Shown: positions 1 through 11,821, numbered from the stretch's first letter. The stretch: 32,000 nucleotides of DNA from a cyanobacterium endosymbiont of Braarudosphaera bigelowii (GCF_020885515.1 NZ_AP024987.1:90001-122000), one strand, 5' to 3'. Numbers and translations: made by a program. The notes: generated by a model from the sequence alone, not told the origin.

Positions 1-1
1 A

Positions 2-367
2 GGACTAGCCTATCGAGGCAGTACCCTCAATTTTGGAGAATATGCTCTTCAAGCTACTGAACCTTGTTGGATTACTGCTCGTCAAATAGAAGCTGCTCGT
101 CGTGCTATGACTCGCTACATACGTAGAGGTGGAAAAATCTGGATTCGAATTTTTCCAGACAAACCTGTTACTATGCGTGCAGCAGAGACTCGTATGGGTT
201 CAGGAAAAGGATCTCCAGAATATTGGGTTGCTGTAGTGAAGCCAGGACGTATTATGTTTGAGCTTTCTGGAGTAACTGAATCTATTGCTCGTGAAGCTAT
301 GCGTCTTGCTGCACAGAAGCTTCCTATTAAAACAAAGTTCATAACTAGTCAGGAGGAGTACAACTAA
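2..367 (+). CDS. rplP: 50S ribosomal protein L16, 5' truncated by window edge
   Basis: The frame is open from base 2 ([57 protein letters not shown]...), which matches L16. It is followed by rpmC/rpsQ in canonical order. The supplied ORF starting at 107 is only the part after an internal Met. Confidence 0.97.
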   Translation, partial: GLAYRGSTLNFGEYALQATEPCWITARQIEAARRAMTRYIRRGGKIWIRIFPDKPVTMRAAETRMGSGKGSPEYWVAVVKPGRIMFELSGVTESIAREAMRLAAQKLPIKTKFITSQEEYN

Positions 368-370
368 ATC

Positions 371-607
371 ATGTCTCTACCTAAAATTGCAGAAGCTCGG
401 AGTCTTAGTAATCAAGATTTAGCAGAAGAGATTCTTGCTGCCAAGAAGAAGCTTTTTGAATTAAGATTTCAGCAAGCTACTCGTCAACTAGAAAAGACTC
501 ACGAGTTTAAACATACTCGTCATCGAATAGCTCAACTATTAACAGTTGAGCAAGAGCGCCAACTTGGTAAAAATAATTCTGAATCAACTCCATTTAAAGA
601 GGAATAA
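371..607 (+). CDS. rpmC: 50S ribosomal protein L29
   Basis: 78 aa, L29-like sequence with the ELFELRFQ-type motif; sits between rplP and rpsQ. Confidence 0.93.
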   Translation: MSLPKIAEARSLSNQDLAEEILAAKKKLFELRFQQATRQLEKTHEFKHTRHRIAQLLTVEQERQLGKNNSESTPFKEE

Positions 608-614
608 CTTAATT

Positions 615-857
615 ATGGCAGTAAAAGAAAAAGTTGGAGTAGTAGTTAGTACTAAAATGGATAAAACCATTGTGGTAGAAGTAGAAAATCGTTCTCCTCA
701 CCCAAAGTACGGAAAAATTATTGTAAAAACCAAAAAATTCAAGGCTCATGACCAAGACAATAAATGTCAAAAAGGGGATAGAGTTCGCATTCAAGAAACT
801 CGACCCCTAAGTAAGACAAAAAGGTGGGTCATGACTGAAATTTTAACCTCTCATTAA
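615..857 (+). CDS. rpsQ: 30S ribosomal protein S17
   Basis: [46 protein letters not shown] is S17. The ATG at 615 is preferred over the supplied ORF start at 546, which overlaps rpmC. Confidence 0.95.
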   Translation: MAVKEKVGVVVSTKMDKTIVVEVENRSPHPKYGKIIVKTKKFKAHDQDNKCQKGDRVRIQETRPLSKTKRWVMTEILTSH

Positions 858-875
858 ATCACCTAAGTTAATATC

Positions 876-1244
876 GTGATTCAACAGCAAACTTATCTTA
901 ATGTCGCCGACAATAGCGGAGCTCGTAAATTAATGTGTTTACGTGTTTTAGGAACCGGAAATTGCCGATATGGGGCGATTGGCGATCAAATCGTTGCCGT
1001 CGTCAAAGACGCTATACCAAATATGCCCGTTAAACGTTCTGATATTGTAAAAGCAGTTATCGTACGAACTCGTCAAGCTATTAACCGTGAGAACGGTATG
1101 AGCATACGTTTCGACGACAATGCTGCTGTAATAATAAATGCGGATGGTAACCCAAAAGGAACTCGTGTTTTTGGTCCTGTAGCAAGAGAACTACGAGATA
1201 AAAGTTATACAAAAATTGTTTCTTTGGCACCGGAGGTACTCTAA
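876..1244 (+). CDS. rplN: 50S ribosomal protein L14
   Basis: [26 protein letters not shown] is classic L14; GTG start codon. Confidence 0.98.
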   Translation: MIQQQTYLNVADNSGARKLMCLRVLGTGNCRYGAIGDQIVAVVKDAIPNMPVKRSDIVKAVIVRTRQAINRENGMSIRFDDNAAVIINADGNPKGTRVFGPVARELRDKSYTKIVSLAPEVL

Positions 1245-1588
1245 TGAGTAAAACAGCTCAACCGAAGCGTTACAAAATGCACGTTAAAGTTGGAGACAAC
1301 ATACAAGTAATTTCTGGAAAAGATAAAGGCAAAATCGGAGAAATTATAAAAATTTTTCCCAAAAGTAGCCAAGTCCTCATAAAAGGAACTAACGTTAAAA
1401 CTAAGCACGTTAAGCCCCAACAAGAAGGAGAATCTGGCCAGATTACTACATTTGAAGCTCCTATCCATAGCTCTAGCGTAATGTTGTATTCCAGTAAAAA
1501 ACAAGTAGCGAGTCGTATTAATTACACTTTTAATGAAGCGGGTAAGAAAGTACGTATTCTGAAAAAAACGGGTGAAATTATCGATTAG
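1244..1588 (+). CDS. rplX: 50S ribosomal protein L24
   Basis: KOW-type motif [21 protein letters not shown]; TAATG overlap with the rplN stop. Confidence 0.97.
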   Translation: MSKTAQPKRYKMHVKVGDNIQVISGKDKGKIGEIIKIFPKSSQVLIKGTNVKTKHVKPQQEGESGQITTFEAPIHSSSVMLYSSKKQVASRINYTFNEAGKKVRILKKTGEIID

Positions 1589-1658
1589 TTCGATACTTCC
1601 TAACTAATGATTAACACTTATTTCCCTCTGACAAAGCCCAGAGATAGAGAAAGATACT

Positions 1659-2204
1659 ATGGTTCAATCTAGACTAAAAAATATTTACCAGGAAACTATT
1701 ATAGGTAAACTAAAACAACAGTTTAACTATACCAATGTTCATCAGGTTCCTAAGCTCTTTAAAATTACCATTAATAGAGGTTTAGGAGAGGCATCACAAA
1801 ATGCTAAAGCTCTAGAATCTTCTATTCGTGAGTTGGAAGTTATAACTGGCCAAAAACCAGTTATAACTCGTGCTAAGAAAGCAATTGCAGGTTTTAAAAT
1901 TCGCGAAGGAATGCCGGTAGGTGTTATGGTAACGTTGCGTTCTGAAAAAATGTATGCATTTCTTGATCGACTAATTAATGTAGCTTTACCCAGGATTAGA
2001 GACTTTAGAGGTATTAGTCCAAAAAGTTTCGATGGACGAGGTAACTATAGTCTTGGTGTTCGAGAACAACTCATTTTCCCAGAAATTGATTATGACACCA
2101 TTGATCAAATTCGAGGTATGGATGTTTCTATTATTACCACTGCCCAAACTGATGAAGAAGGGCGTGCGTTATTAAAAGAAATGGGAATGCCCTTCCGTAC
2201 CTAG
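1659..2204 (+). CDS. rplE: 50S ribosomal protein L5
   Basis: L5 sequence ([44 protein letters not shown]). Confidence 0.98.
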   Translation: MVQSRLKNIYQETIIGKLKQQFNYTNVHQVPKLFKITINRGLGEASQNAKALESSIRELEVITGQKPVITRAKKAIAGFKIREGMPVGVMVTLRSEKMYAFLDRLINVALPRIRDFRGISPKSFDGRGNYSLGVREQLIFPEIDYDTIDQIRGMDVSIITTAQTDEEGRALLKEMGMPFRT

Positions 2205-2241
2205 TAATCCTTTATTCTACAGGAGAAACTCATCAGCAATA

Positions 2242-2643
2242 ATGGCACCTAACGATACTATCTCAGACATGTTAACCCGTATTCGCAACGCTTGTGCGGT
2301 ACGACATACAACAACAAAAGTTCCCACGACAAGAATGACTCGAAGTATTGCTCAAGTTCTTAAAGAAGAAGGCTTTATACAGAGTTTCGAAGAAGTGGGA
2401 GAAGGTGTACAAAAACACCTTGTTATTTCTCTTAAATATAAAGCGAGAGGTCGTCAACCTATTATTAATACACTACGTCGGGTTAGTAAACCTGGACTAA
2501 GAGTATATTCTAATCGGAAGGATTTGCCTCGCGTACTTGGAGGTATTGGCGTTGCTATTATTTCCACTTCCAAAGGAATTATGACGGATAGAGAGGCGCG
2601 TCGCCAAAATATTGGTGGTGAAATTTTATGCTACATCTGGTAG
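2242..2643 (+). CDS. rpsH: 30S ribosomal protein S8
   Basis: S8 sequence ([14 protein letters not shown]... [31 protein letters not shown]). There is no rpsN between rplE and rpsH, as expected in cyanobacteria. Confidence 0.98.
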   Translation: MAPNDTISDMLTRIRNACAVRHTTTKVPTTRMTRSIAQVLKEEGFIQSFEEVGEGVQKHLVISLKYKARGRQPIINTLRRVSKPGLRVYSNRKDLPRVLGGIGVAIISTSKGIMTDREARRQNIGGEILCYIW

Positions 2644-2714
2644 TAATAAAGTTAGTTACCATCTCTATCTCGAATAATATTTAACCCATAAATAATTACT
2701 GAAAACGTAAAAAA

Positions 2715-3254
2715 ATGTCTCGTATTGGTAAACGTCCAATTATATTACCTAATAAAGTTACTATTGATATTAAAGGTCAATACGTCACTGTAAAAGGTCC
2801 TAAAGGTTCTTTAGAGCGTGAACTCCCCTCTAAAGTACAGCTCAATAAAGATGGGGAAACTCTTCTAGTTCAAAGACAAGATGAATCTCGTATTTCTCGT
2901 GAACGTCATGGGTTATGTCGCACCTTAGTAGCCAATATGGTTCATGGGGTATCAGCAGGATTTGAAAAACGTCTTAGTATCCAAGGGGTAGGATATCGTG
3001 CCCAAGCAAAAGGTTCTAACTTAACTCTTAATGTTGGATATAGTAAGCCAGTAGAAATAACTATGCCTAGTGGCATCAGTGTTGTTGTTGAAAATAATAC
3101 ATCAGTTATTATCAGCGGCATTGATAAAGAAATAGTCGGAAATATAGCTGCTAAGATTAGAGCAGTAAGACCTCCAGAACCATATAAAGGTAAAGGCATT
3201 CGTTATCTTAATGAATTTGTCGTTCGTAAGGCAGGTAAATCAGGTAAGAAGTAA
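2715..3254 (+). CDS. rplF: 50S ribosomal protein L6
   Basis: [12 protein letters not shown]... [26 protein letters not shown]. Confidence 0.98.
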   Translation: MSRIGKRPIILPNKVTIDIKGQYVTVKGPKGSLERELPSKVQLNKDGETLLVQRQDESRISRERHGLCRTLVANMVHGVSAGFEKRLSIQGVGYRAQAKGSNLTLNVGYSKPVEITMPSGISVVVENNTSVIISGIDKEIVGNIAAKIRAVRPPEPYKGKGIRYLNEFVVRKAGKSGKK

Positions 3255-3256
3255 TT

Positions 3257-3619
3257 ATGAAGCTTACACGAAGAGAATCTTTAAAACGTCGTCATCAACG
3301 TATCCGGAAAAAGGTTAGTGGAACATCAAGTTGTCCTCGTCTAGCTGTTTTCCGTTCAAATCAACATATTTATGCCCAAATAATTGATGATGTAAAGCAG
3401 CATACATTAGCAGCTGCTTCTACTCTAGAACCGGGGCTTAAAGAAGTTTTAGCATCAAGCTCCAATTGCGAAGCATCGTCAGCAGTAGGAAAATTAGTTG
3501 CTGAACGATTAATTGCAAAAGGAATCGAAGAAGTCGTGTTTGACAGAGGTGGTAATCTTTACCACGGCAAAGTCAAGGCTTTAGCTGAAGCTGCTCGTGA
3601 AGCAGGATTGAAATTCTAA
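3257..3619 (+). CDS. rplR: 50S ribosomal protein L18
   Basis: [18 protein letters not shown] ... [28 protein letters not shown]. Confidence 0.98.
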   Translation: MKLTRRESLKRRHQRIRKKVSGTSSCPRLAVFRSNQHIYAQIIDDVKQHTLAAASTLEPGLKEVLASSSNCEASSAVGKLVAERLIAKGIEEVVFDRGGNLYHGKVKALAEAAREAGLKF

Positions 3620-3658
3620 CTAAAGGCATTAATATCTTTACACTAAGCAGTAAAAACT

Positions 3659-4180
3659 ATGGCAAAAAATCGTAAAAACAACAGAGATAAAGCTAAAGAG
3701 ACTAACTGGCAAGAGCGAGTTATTCAGATTCGTAGAGTTAGTAAAGTTGTTAAAGGAGGGAAAAAGCTTAGCTTTCGTGCAGTTGTTGTTATTGGTAATG
3801 AAAAAGGACAAGTCGGTGTTGGGGTCGGCAAAGCTGGAGATGTTATAGGAGCGGTTCGAAAAGGAGTCGCAGACGGTAAAAAGCAACTTGTCGATGTTTC
3901 AATTACAAAATCTAGCTCTATCACTCACATAACGAAAGGAGTCGCTGGCGGAGCGAAAGTTATTGTACGTCCAGCAGCTCCTGGTACTGGAGTAATTGCT
4001 GGTGGTGCTGTAAGAACAGTTTTAGAGTTAGCTGGACTTAAAAATATTTTAGCTAAACAGTTAGGCTCCAATAATCCTCTTAATAACGCAAGGGCTGCTG
4101 TAGATGCACTTGAAGGGTTAAGAACATTATCAGAAGTTGCACAAGAAAGGGACGTTCCCTTAGAGCATCTTTATGCTTAA
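3659..4180 (+). CDS. rpsE: 30S ribosomal protein S5
   Basis: [44 protein letters not shown]. Confidence 0.98.
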   Translation: MAKNRKNNRDKAKETNWQERVIQIRRVSKVVKGGKKLSFRAVVVIGNEKGQVGVGVGKAGDVIGAVRKGVADGKKQLVDVSITKSSSITHITKGVAGGAKVIVRPAAPGTGVIAGGAVRTVLELAGLKNILAKQLGSNNPLNNARAAVDALEGLRTLSEVAQERDVPLEHLYA

Positions 4181-4215
4181 GTCTAGTTTTGTAATTATTA
4201 ATCTTAATAAATCTT

Positions 4216-4680
4216 ATGAGAATTCATAATCTTAGTCCTAAAGAAGGATCAACAAAACGTCGTCGCCGTGTAGGCAGGGGTATTTCTGCTGGTCAAGGTG
4301 CAAGTGGTGGTTTTGGAATGCGAGGTCAAAAATCTCGTTCAGGAACAGGTACTAAAGCAGGATTTGAAGGAGGCCAGATGCCTCTTTACCGTAGGGTTCC
4401 AAAATTAAAGCATTTTCCCTTAGTTAATCCTAGTAAATTTACTATCATTAATGTTGATAGACTAAATAGTCTGACAGCTAATAGCGAGATAGACTTATAT
4501 AGTTTAATGAAACAAGGAATAGTAACTAGTAATGATGGTCCATTGAAAATATTAGGTAATGGAGAGTTAAATGTTGCCCTAGTCGTTAAGGCAGCTGCGT
4601 TTACCAAATCTGCTCAAAGAAAAATTGAAAGTGCTGGTGGAACCTGCCAAAATATATCAAATATAACAACTGATAAATAA
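4216..4680 (+). CDS. rplO: 50S ribosomal protein L15
   Basis: [49 protein letters not shown]. There is no rpmD (L30) between rpsE and rplO, as expected in cyanobacteria. Confidence 0.97.
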   Translation: MRIHNLSPKEGSTKRRRRVGRGISAGQGASGGFGMRGQKSRSGTGTKAGFEGGQMPLYRRVPKLKHFPLVNPSKFTIINVDRLNSLTANSEIDLYSLMKQGIVTSNDGPLKILGNGELNVALVVKAAAFTKSAQRKIESAGGTCQNISNITTDK

Positions 4681-4705
4681 TCGTTGATAAATTAGGTTAT
4701 TACCC

Positions 4706-6022
4706 ATGGTCGTCAGTCGAGACAAAACACCCACAGCACAAGAAACGTTTTTGCAAATGGCTCAAGCAGCTGGATTGCGAAGTCGTTTATTAATTACAAT
4801 TGGTCTGTTAACTTTAATTCGTTTTGGGATTTTTATTCCTATTCCTGGTATTGATAGAGAAAAGTTTATTAGTGCTATTAGTAATAGTCCAGTTTTGGGT
4901 TTTTTAGATATCTTTACAGGTGGTGGTATTTCCACTTTAGGTATTTTTGCTCTAGGAATACTTCCTTTTATCAATGCTTCTATTATTATGCAGTTATTGA
5001 CTGCTGCAATTCCATCTTTAGAAGACCTTCAAAAAAACGAAGGAGAGGCAGGAAGACGTAAGATTTCGCAAATAACTCGGTATGTAGCTGCTGGATGGGC
5101 GATAGTACAAAGTACCGCTATTACTGTAGGCCTGTTAAAAGAATATGCTTTAAGTAGTACATTTTGGTTTGTGCCAGAAACTGTATTAGCATTAACGGCA
5201 GGTTCTATGTTTGTAATGTGGGTATCAGAGCTAATTACAGAAAGAGGGATTGGTAATGGCGCTTCTCTACTGATTTTTGTCAATATTGTGGCAAGCCTAC
5301 CAAGGACTTTAGGACAAACTATTGACTATGCTCAAACTGGTGGAAGACAGGCAGTTGCACAAGTAATTATTTTATTACTTGTTTTTCTAGTCATGATAGT
5401 AGGAATTGTTTTTGTCCAAGAAGGAACACGTCGTATTCCTATTATATCGGCCCGCCGTCAAGTAGGTCGTAAACTATACCGAGAGAGAACAAGTTACTTA
5501 CCTCTGAGACTCAATCAAGGGGGTGTGATGCCTATTATCTTTGCATCAGCAGTTCTAATCCTACCTCAAAGTTTAATTGGTTTTCTTGGTAATGGAGGCG
5601 CTTTTAGTGAAGCTCTAGTGAAAGTTACAAATGCTTTAAGACCAGGTAGCTGGTCTTATGTTGGAGTTTACTCTATTTTAATTCTATTTTTTAGCTATTT
5701 CTATGCTTCTTTAATTGTTAATCCTGAAGACATATCAAAAAATCTTAAAAAGATGGGATCTAGTATTCCCGGCATACGACCTGGTGAAAAAACAAAAGAA
5801 TACTTAGAGGGAGTTTTAAATCGTTTAACTTTCTTAGGTGCTGGTTTCTTGAGCTTCGTAGCTACGGTCCCAACTTTGGTAGAAGGAGCTACTGGAGTTA
5901 CTACATTCAGAGGTTTGGGAGCTACATCATTATTAATATTAGTAGGTGTTGCTATTGACACAGCAAAACAAATTCAAACCTATGTAATTTCTCAACGTTA
6001 TGAGGGAATGGTCAAACAATAG
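4706..6022 (+). CDS. secY: Preprotein translocase subunit SecY
   Basis: 438 aa multi-TM protein with SecY motifs (PGIDREKF, FALGILPFINASIIMQLL, SYLPLRLNQGGVMPIIFASA); canonical position after rplO. Confidence 0.98.
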   Translation: MVVSRDKTPTAQETFLQMAQAAGLRSRLLITIGLLTLIRFGIFIPIPGIDREKFISAISNSPVLGFLDIFTGGGISTLGIFALGILPFINASIIMQLLTAAIPSLEDLQKNEGEAGRRKISQITRYVAAGWAIVQSTAITVGLLKEYALSSTFWFVPETVLALTAGSMFVMWVSELITERGIGNGASLLIFVNIVASLPRTLGQTIDYAQTGGRQAVAQVIILLLVFLVMIVGIVFVQEGTRRIPIISARRQVGRKLYRERTSYLPLRLNQGGVMPIIFASAVLILPQSLIGFLGNGGAFSEALVKVTNALRPGSWSYVGVYSILILFFSYFYASLIVNPEDISKNLKKMGSSIPGIRPGEKTKEYLEGVLNRLTFLGAGFLSFVATVPTLVEGATGVTTFRGLGATSLLILVGVAIDTAKQIQTYVISQRYEGMVKQ

Positions 6023-6100
6023 GCAATCGTAAAGAATCTTAGTATTTTTCAACCTATTGATTAACCACATAAATATGCAAAAAACATTATCAAGAAGATT

Positions 6101-6682
6101 ATGAGTACAGGAAAAGGGTTGATTTTTTTAGGTCCTCCCGGTTCTGGAAAAGGAACCCAAGCTCAAAAACTATCAGCAAAATTTAACATTCCTCATATTT
6201 CTACTGGAGAAATGTTAAGAGAGGCTATCACTAATCAAACAAAGCTGGGACAAGAAGCTCAGTCTTATGTCGATAAAGGAGAATTAGTACCTGATAAATT
6301 ATTATTAGGTTTAATTCAAGAGCGATTAAACCAACAGGATGCACAGAAAGGGTGGATTCTAGATGGGTTTCCTCGTAATATTTTTCAAGCAGAGTTTTTA
6401 GATACGTTGCTTAAGAGACTCAGTAAATTTTCAGAACAAGCAGTTAATCTGGAAGTTCCCGATGAGGTAATTGTAGAACGTTTACTACTTAGAGGAAGAA
6501 AAGATGATAGTGAAAAGACTATTCGTCGACGTCTAGAAGTTTATAGAGAAAAAACTCAGCTTGTATTAGATTATTATCGTCAAAATAAAAGACTTGTTTC
6601 TATTGATGGTAATCTTAAACCGGATGAAGTGACAATTATATTAAAAAATACACTTACTTCTGGATTGACTAAAATTTTCTAA
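6101..6682 (+). CDS. adk: Adenylate kinase
   Basis: P-loop GPPGSGKGTQ, GEMLREA, GWILDGFPR. Confidence 0.97.
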   Translation: MSTGKGLIFLGPPGSGKGTQAQKLSAKFNIPHISTGEMLREAITNQTKLGQEAQSYVDKGELVPDKLLLGLIQERLNQQDAQKGWILDGFPRNIFQAEFLDTLLKRLSKFSEQAVNLEVPDEVIVERLLLRGRKDDSEKTIRRRLEVYREKTQLVLDYYRQNKRLVSIDGNLKPDEVTIILKNTLTSGLTKIF

Positions 6683-6783
6683 ATATCAAAATTATAGATA
6701 AGTTAGATTACACGTAAAATAATCATTTTTTAGAAACAAGTTATTAACCTTTTTGTGTTGTACTTATTTGAGGCATAGTAATC

Positions 6784-7011
6784 GTGTCAAAACAAGATTT
6801 AATTGAAATGGAAGGGACAGTGACAGAATCTCTTCCAAATGCGATGTTTAGAGTAGATTTGGATAATGGGTTTAATGTATTAGCCCATATTTCTGGAAAG
6901 ATTCGTCGAAATTATATTAAAATTCTACCAGGGGATAGAGTTAAAGTTGAACTGACACCCTATGATTTAACTAAAGGTAGGATTACCTATCGGCTTAAAG
7001 GTAAAAAGTAA
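6784..7011 (+). CDS. infA: Translation initiation factor IF-1
   Basis: [60 protein letters not shown]; GTG start. Confidence 0.98.
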   Translation: MSKQDLIEMEGTVTESLPNAMFRVDLDNGFNVLAHISGKIRRNYIKILPGDRVKVELTPYDLTKGRITYRLKGKK

Positions 7012-7116
7012 AAAATTAGTAACTATAGTCTTCACTATTTATCTTACTTAATAAGCTGACAAAAGAAGAGATATCTTGATATAATAAAAGGCTTGCAGTC
7101 TTGCTGTTAAAAACTT

Positions 7117-7230
7117 ATGAAAGTTAGACCATCTGTTAAAAAAATGTGCGAGAAATGTCGCGTGATTAAGCGACGAGGCAAAGTCATGGTACTTTGTATC
7201 AATCCAAAACATAAACAACGTCAAGGTTAG
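7117..7230 (+). CDS. rpmJ: 50S ribosomal protein L36
   Basis: Not in the ORF track because it is short. Manual translation gives [37 protein letters not shown], 37 aa, located between infA and rpsM. Confidence 0.97.
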   Translation: MKVRPSVKKMCEKCRVIKRRGKVMVLCINPKHKQRQG

Positions 7231-7291
7231 AAAGCTAATATAGTAGCTTATTGATCTGTTGTGCCTACAAAATGCTTAGAGGATAAAAAAA

Positions 7292-7675
7292 TTGGCAAGG
7301 ATATCTGGTGTTGATCTACCAAGGGATAAAAGAATTGAAATTGGACTAACTTACCTATTCGGTATTGGTCTATCAAGATCCCAAAAAATATTGGCCGAAA
7401 CAGGTGTTAATCCTGACATTCGTGTACGAGACTTGGGCGATGAAGATCTTACTTCCCTTAGGGCCTATATTGATGATAATTTTCAAATCGAGGGTGATTT
7501 GAGACGTTGGGAGGCTATGAATATAAAACGATTGGCGGATATCGGCACCTATCGAGGTCGTCGTCATCGTCAAGGGCTTCCTGTTCGAGGGCAACGAACA
7601 AGAACTAATGGACGTACCCGTCGTGGAAGACGAGTTACTGTAGCAGGTAAGAAAAAAGCTCCTGCTAAGAAATAA
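7292..7675 (+). CDS. rpsM: 30S ribosomal protein S13
   Basis: [25 protein letters not shown] ... [18 protein letters not shown]; TTG start codon. Confidence 0.98.
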   Translation: MARISGVDLPRDKRIEIGLTYLFGIGLSRSQKILAETGVNPDIRVRDLGDEDLTSLRAYIDDNFQIEGDLRRWEAMNIKRLADIGTYRGRRHRQGLPVRGQRTRTNGRTRRGRRVTVAGKKKAPAKK

Positions 7676-7721
7676 TTAACGTTTATTTGTAATTCAAGTT
7701 ACACAAAATCTTAGTAAAACT

Positions 7722-8114
7722 ATGGCACGACCAACTAAAAAAGGTGGACCAAAAAAACAGAAGAAAAACGTCCCTAACGGCGTTGCTCACATAAAGTCGA
7801 CATTTAATAACACAATTGTAACAATTTCAGATACCAAAGGAGATGTTATTTCCTGGTCTTCTGCTGGCGCTAGTGGCTTTAAAGGAGCCAAAAAAGGAAC
7901 TCCTTTCGCTGCTCAAACTGCGGCTGATTCAGCTGCTCGGCGTGCTATTGATAATGGAATGCGGCAAATAGAAGTTATGGTTAGCGGGCCTGGTGCTGGT
8001 AGAGAAACTGCTATAAGAGCACTTCAAGGATCAGGATTAGAAATTACGTTAATTAGAGACGTTACACCCATTCCTCACAATGGTTGTCGTCCTCCTAAAC
8101 GACGTCGAGTCTAA
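7722..8114 (+). CDS. rpsK: 30S ribosomal protein S11
   Basis: [46 protein letters not shown] ... [16 protein letters not shown]. Confidence 0.98.
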   Translation: MARPTKKGGPKKQKKNVPNGVAHIKSTFNNTIVTISDTKGDVISWSSAGASGFKGAKKGTPFAAQTAADSAARRAIDNGMRQIEVMVSGPGAGRETAIRALQGSGLEITLIRDVTPIPHNGCRPPKRRRV

Positions 8115-8222
8115 TCTATATCTGATTTATCCGAACTAAGATACTTGTAATTTGGTAAATCAGTGACTAATAAAAATATATGTTTGGACGAAGTATTTGA
8201 CAATGAAAAGAGGTGACAAACA

Positions 8223-9167
8223 ATGGCACAATTTCAAATTGAATGTGTAGAGTCTAAGACTCAAAAAAATCAAAGTCAATACAGTAGATTTGTTCTTGAG
8301 CCATTGGAAAGAGGTCAAGGGACAACTGTGGGTAATGCTCTCAGACGAGTCTTATTGGCAAACTTGGAAGGAACAGCAGTTACTGCCATAAGAATTGGCG
8401 GAGTTAATCATGAATTCGCTACAATACCAGGGGTTAGGGAAGATGTCCTAGAAATCATATTAAATATGAAGGAAATCGTTCTTAAAAGCCATACTGAACA
8501 AATCCAAATAGGGCGTTTAGTTGCAGTAGGAGCAGCTCATGTAACAGCAGCGCAGTTCGACTTACCTTCAGAAGTGGAAGTTATTAATCCTACTCAACCT
8601 ATTGCGACCTTAACAGATGGTGCAAAACTTGAAATGGAGTTTCGCATTGAGAAAGGAATGGGGTATGTGCCAGTAGAAAAAGGGAAAGAAAAACAAGGAG
8701 CACTTGATTTTTTACAGATTGACGCTGTCTTCATGCCAGTTACAAAAGTTAACTACAGTGTAGAAAATATCAGAGGGGAAAAGGGTGAAGTAAAAGATTC
8801 TTTAATGCTTGAAATCTGGACCAATGGCAGTGTTAGTCCAAAAGAAGCTTTATCTCAAGCAACTGAAGTTTTGGTTAACTTATTTAGTCCTCTGAAAAAT
8901 ATCAACCAGCTTGAAACCGCTGTTCCTGAATATCAAGACGAAGAAAACCCTCAAAGCCAAATTCCTATTGAAGAATTACAGCTATCTGTACGAGCTTATA
9001 ATTGTTTAAAAAGAGCACAAATAAATACAGTTGCTGATTTATTAGATTATAGTCAAGAAGATTTATTGGAAATCAAAAATTTTGGCCAGAAATCTGCTGA
9101 AGAGGTGATTGAGGCTCTTCAGAAACGATTAGGAATTACTTTAGCACAAGAAAAAAATAAGACCTAA
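8223..9167 (+). CDS. rpoA: DNA-directed RNA polymerase subunit alpha
   Basis: FVLEPLERGQGTTVGNALRRVLLANLEG plus alpha-CTD LKRAQINTVADLLDYSQEDLLEIKNFGQKSAEEV. Confidence 0.98.
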   Translation: MAQFQIECVESKTQKNQSQYSRFVLEPLERGQGTTVGNALRRVLLANLEGTAVTAIRIGGVNHEFATIPGVREDVLEIILNMKEIVLKSHTEQIQIGRLVAVGAAHVTAAQFDLPSEVEVINPTQPIATLTDGAKLEMEFRIEKGMGYVPVEKGKEKQGALDFLQIDAVFMPVTKVNYSVENIRGEKGEVKDSLMLEIWTNGSVSPKEALSQATEVLVNLFSPLKNINQLETAVPEYQDEENPQSQIPIEELQLSVRAYNCLKRAQINTVADLLDYSQEDLLEIKNFGQKSAEEVIEALQKRLGITLAQEKNKT

Positions 9168-9243
9168 TTAGTCATGGACAATAAATCATGACTATTAGTC
9201 TGTAGATGTTACTTTTTTATCATATTAAGGAGACGTAACAAAA

Positions 9244-9594
9244 ATGCGACATCGATGCCGCGTATCACATCTAGGTAAACCTGCTGATCAACGGAAAGCG
9301 TTATTAAGATCACTTGCGACAGAATTAATTCGTCACGGACAAATTAAAACTACTAAAACTCGTGCTAAAGCGGTACGATCTGAAGTAGAAAGAATGATTA
9401 CTTTAGCTAAAGATGGATCATTGTCAGCTAGACGTAAAGCAATGGGTTATCTTTTTGACAAACAATTAGTTCATGCTCTATTCGCTGATGCACTAGCTCG
9501 TTATGGAGAACGGTCTGGAGGTTATACGAGAATTGTTCGTACTTTACGTCGTCGTGGAGATAATGCTGAAATGGCTATTATTGAATTGATGTGA
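9244..9594 (+). CDS. rplQ: 50S ribosomal protein L17
   Basis: [52 protein letters not shown]. Confidence 0.98.
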   Translation: MRHRCRVSHLGKPADQRKALLRSLATELIRHGQIKTTKTRAKAVRSEVERMITLAKDGSLSARRKAMGYLFDKQLVHALFADALARYGERSGGYTRIVRTLRRRGDNAEMAIIELM

Positions 9595-9629
9595 TCTTTA
9601 AGTATTTTAGATAGCATGACAAATAATGA

Positions 9630-10475
9630 ATGAGCATTTCTAATAAACAGTCACAACTAGTAAAGAGAATAGCTCTGATAATTCAATATTCAGGGAATCG
9701 TTTTCATGGTTGGCAAAGACAGCCTTATCACAGAACTGTTCAAGAAGATATTGAGAACACTATTGCTAAATCACTAGGTTACAAAGTTTCTATCCATGGT
9801 GCTGGACGTACCGATGCAGGGGTTCATGCCACTGCACAGGTAGCTCACTTTGATTATGTAGGGCCAATTCCGCCAAAAAGGTTAGCAAAAGTTATTAATC
9901 GGTATTTACCAGAAGATATCTTAATTCGTAATTCGGAAGAAGTGTCAACCAACTGGCATGCTAGGTTCTCAGCTCAGTGGCGTCGTTATCGATATACATT
10001 ATATACCAACAAAAATTCTAATTTATTTGTTAAATCTTTTAGTTGGCATTATTATCGTTATCCTCTAAAAATAAAATTAATGGTAGACGCCTTAACATCA
10101 TTATTGGGTACACATCATTTGACGGCTTTTCGAAAAGAAGGTTCTCAACGCACTCATTCTTGGGTAGAGATTCAAGATATAGAATGTTACCGTAAAGGAG
10201 CTTTTGTCCATGTAGAGATTCAAGCTAATGGATTTTTATACGGAATGGTAAGATTATTGATAGGGATGCTAGTAGAAGTAGGAATTGGTAAACTTTCTTT
10301 AGCTAATTTTAATCAAATCTGGCGTAACCAAGGGCGTAAACATGTACGGCATTCTGCTCCAGCTAACGGACTATGTTTATTAGGAGTAGGTTATCCAGAA
10401 GTTTCATTTTCATCAAATTTATATTTAGATACTCAGCCATTATTTGAAACCAACCAAATAATTTGTGAAGATTGA
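9630..10475 (+). CDS. truA: tRNA pseudouridine(38-40) synthase TruA
   Basis: YSGNRFHGWQRQP, GAGRTDAGVHATAQVAHF, NGFLYGMVRLLIG. Confidence 0.96.
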   Translation: MSISNKQSQLVKRIALIIQYSGNRFHGWQRQPYHRTVQEDIENTIAKSLGYKVSIHGAGRTDAGVHATAQVAHFDYVGPIPPKRLAKVINRYLPEDILIRNSEEVSTNWHARFSAQWRRYRYTLYTNKNSNLFVKSFSWHYYRYPLKIKLMVDALTSLLGTHHLTAFRKEGSQRTHSWVEIQDIECYRKGAFVHVEIQANGFLYGMVRLLIGMLVEVGIGKLSLANFNQIWRNQGRKHVRHSAPANGLCLLGVGYPEVSFSSNLYLDTQPLFETNQIICED

Positions 10476-10557
10476 ATTTCTAACAATATATTTAATGAAA
10501 AAAGCAATGTCTATTAAGAAAGATAACCTGAATATTAATTAATATCTAACATTATTT

Positions 10558-11013
10558 ATGAACAAAACAATTACACCATCACCAGCAATACTTGAGCAGA
10601 AGTGGTATGTTATTAATGCTGAAAATCAGCGTTTAGGGCGCCTTGCCTGCGAAATTGCAAAAATTTTAAGGGGTAAGAAAAAACCGACTTATACTCCTCA
10701 TATGGATACCGGAGACTTTATTATTGTAATCAATGCGGAAAAAATTGAAGTCACCGGCCGAAAAAATCATCAAAAATTATATCGTCGTCACTCTGGTAGG
10801 CCCGGAGGGATGAAGGTTGAAACTTTTGAAAAATTACTCAAGAGAATTCCAGAGAGAATTATTGAAAAAGCTGTAAAGGGAATGTTACCTAAAAACACTT
10901 TAGGACGTCAATTGTTTACAAAATTAAAAGTGTATGCTGGTCCTAACCATCCTCATCAAGCACAAAAGCCTGAACAATTAATTCTGAATACTATTCCAAA
11001 TGGAGATCGATAA
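10558..11013 (+). CDS. rplM: 50S ribosomal protein L13
   Basis: [48 protein letters not shown]. Confidence 0.98.
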   Translation: MNKTITPSPAILEQKWYVINAENQRLGRLACEIAKILRGKKKPTYTPHMDTGDFIIVINAEKIEVTGRKNHQKLYRRHSGRPGGMKVETFEKLLKRIPERIIEKAVKGMLPKNTLGRQLFTKLKVYAGPNHPHQAQKPEQLILNTIPNGDR

Positions 11014-11423
11014 TGTCAACTACTGAAGAAAATAAAGCTATTTACTGGGGTACTGGTCGCCGCAAATCATCAATTGCGAGAGTTCGTCTAGTTCCAGGTA
11101 CAGGAGAAATTAAAGTCAATAAAAAAGAAGGAAATCTATATTTCAATCAAATTGCTGACTATATACAAGTCATCAAAGCACCTCTAGAAAAGCTAGGATT
11201 AGATAAAGAATATGATATTCTAGTCAACGCCCATGGTGGAGGATTAACAGGACAAGCAGATGCAGTCAAATTAGGCATAGCAAGAGCATTATGTGAATTA
11301 AATCCAGAAAACCGACCAACATTAAAAGCAGAAGGATATTTAACAAGAGATCCTCGTGCTAAAGAGCGAAAAAAATATGGTTTACATAAAGCACGTAAAG
11401 CTCCTCAGTATTCTAAACGTTAA
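11013..11423 (+). CDS. rpsI: 30S ribosomal protein S9
   Basis: [19 protein letters not shown] ... [24 protein letters not shown]; overlaps the rplM stop by 1 nt. Confidence 0.98.
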   Translation: MSTTEENKAIYWGTGRRKSSIARVRLVPGTGEIKVNKKEGNLYFNQIADYIQVIKAPLEKLGLDKEYDILVNAHGGGLTGQADAVKLGIARALCELNPENRPTLKAEGYLTRDPRAKERKKYGLHKARKAPQYSKR

Positions 11424-11481
11424 TCAGAATAGTTTTTATTGTCATAAATAATGCAAAACACCTTATAAGGAGATACGAAAA

Positions 11482-11736
11482 ATGTCGAAGCCTGATATCC
11501 ACCCAACTTGGTATCCTGAAGCAAAAGTAATTTGTAACGGTGAAGTTGTGATGACTGTAGGATCAACTTGCCCTAAAATTAATGTTGAAGTATGGTCGGG
11601 TAATCACCCTTTTTATACGGGTACCCAGAAAATTATTGATACCGAAGGAAGAGTAGATCGCTTCCAAAAACGGTATGCAATGATTGGTAAAAAAGTTAAT
11701 AAAGAAGCATCAGAGTCAGATAGTGCGGAAAAATAG
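11482..11736 (+). CDS. rpmE: 50S ribosomal protein L31
   Basis: [29 protein letters not shown] ... [32 protein letters not shown]. Confidence 0.96.
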   Translation: MSKPDIHPTWYPEAKVICNGEVVMTVGSTCPKINVEVWSGNHPFYTGTQKIIDTEGRVDRFQKRYAMIGKKVNKEASESDSAEK

Positions 11737-11753
11737 CAGCCACTATAAAATTT

Positions 11754-11781
11754 AGAACCCAGCAGTCTACTGCTGGGTTCT
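11754..11781 (+). terminator. Rho-independent-type hairpin after rpmE
   Basis: AGAACCCAGCAG-TCTA-CTGCTGGGTTCT, a 12-bp perfect stem with a 4-nt loop followed by CTTT, 18 nt after the rpmE stop. Confidence 0.88.
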
Positions 11782-11821
11782 CTTTATCTATAAAATAATA
11801 ACAGTACATCATAAAAATACT

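Noticed and set aside
2942-3199. ORFs on the minus strand opposite ribosomal protein genes (e.g. 115..342, 1241..1504, 2272..2457, 2942..3199, 3638..3886, 3724..3924, 4386..4607)
   Set aside because: Each lies antisense to a clearly conserved ribosomal protein gene and has no recognisable product.
4762-5961. Minus-strand ORFs within secY (4762..4974, 5029..5283, 5701..5961) and 7373..7594 within rpsM
   Set aside because: Antisense shadows of real genes; the hydrophobic or basic composition simply mirrors the sense codons.
9169-9194. TAGTCATG/CATGACTA hairpin in the rpoA-rplQ gap
   Set aside because: The 8-bp AT-rich stem has a 10-nt loop and no adjacent T-run. It could be an attenuator, but is not distinguishable from chance here.
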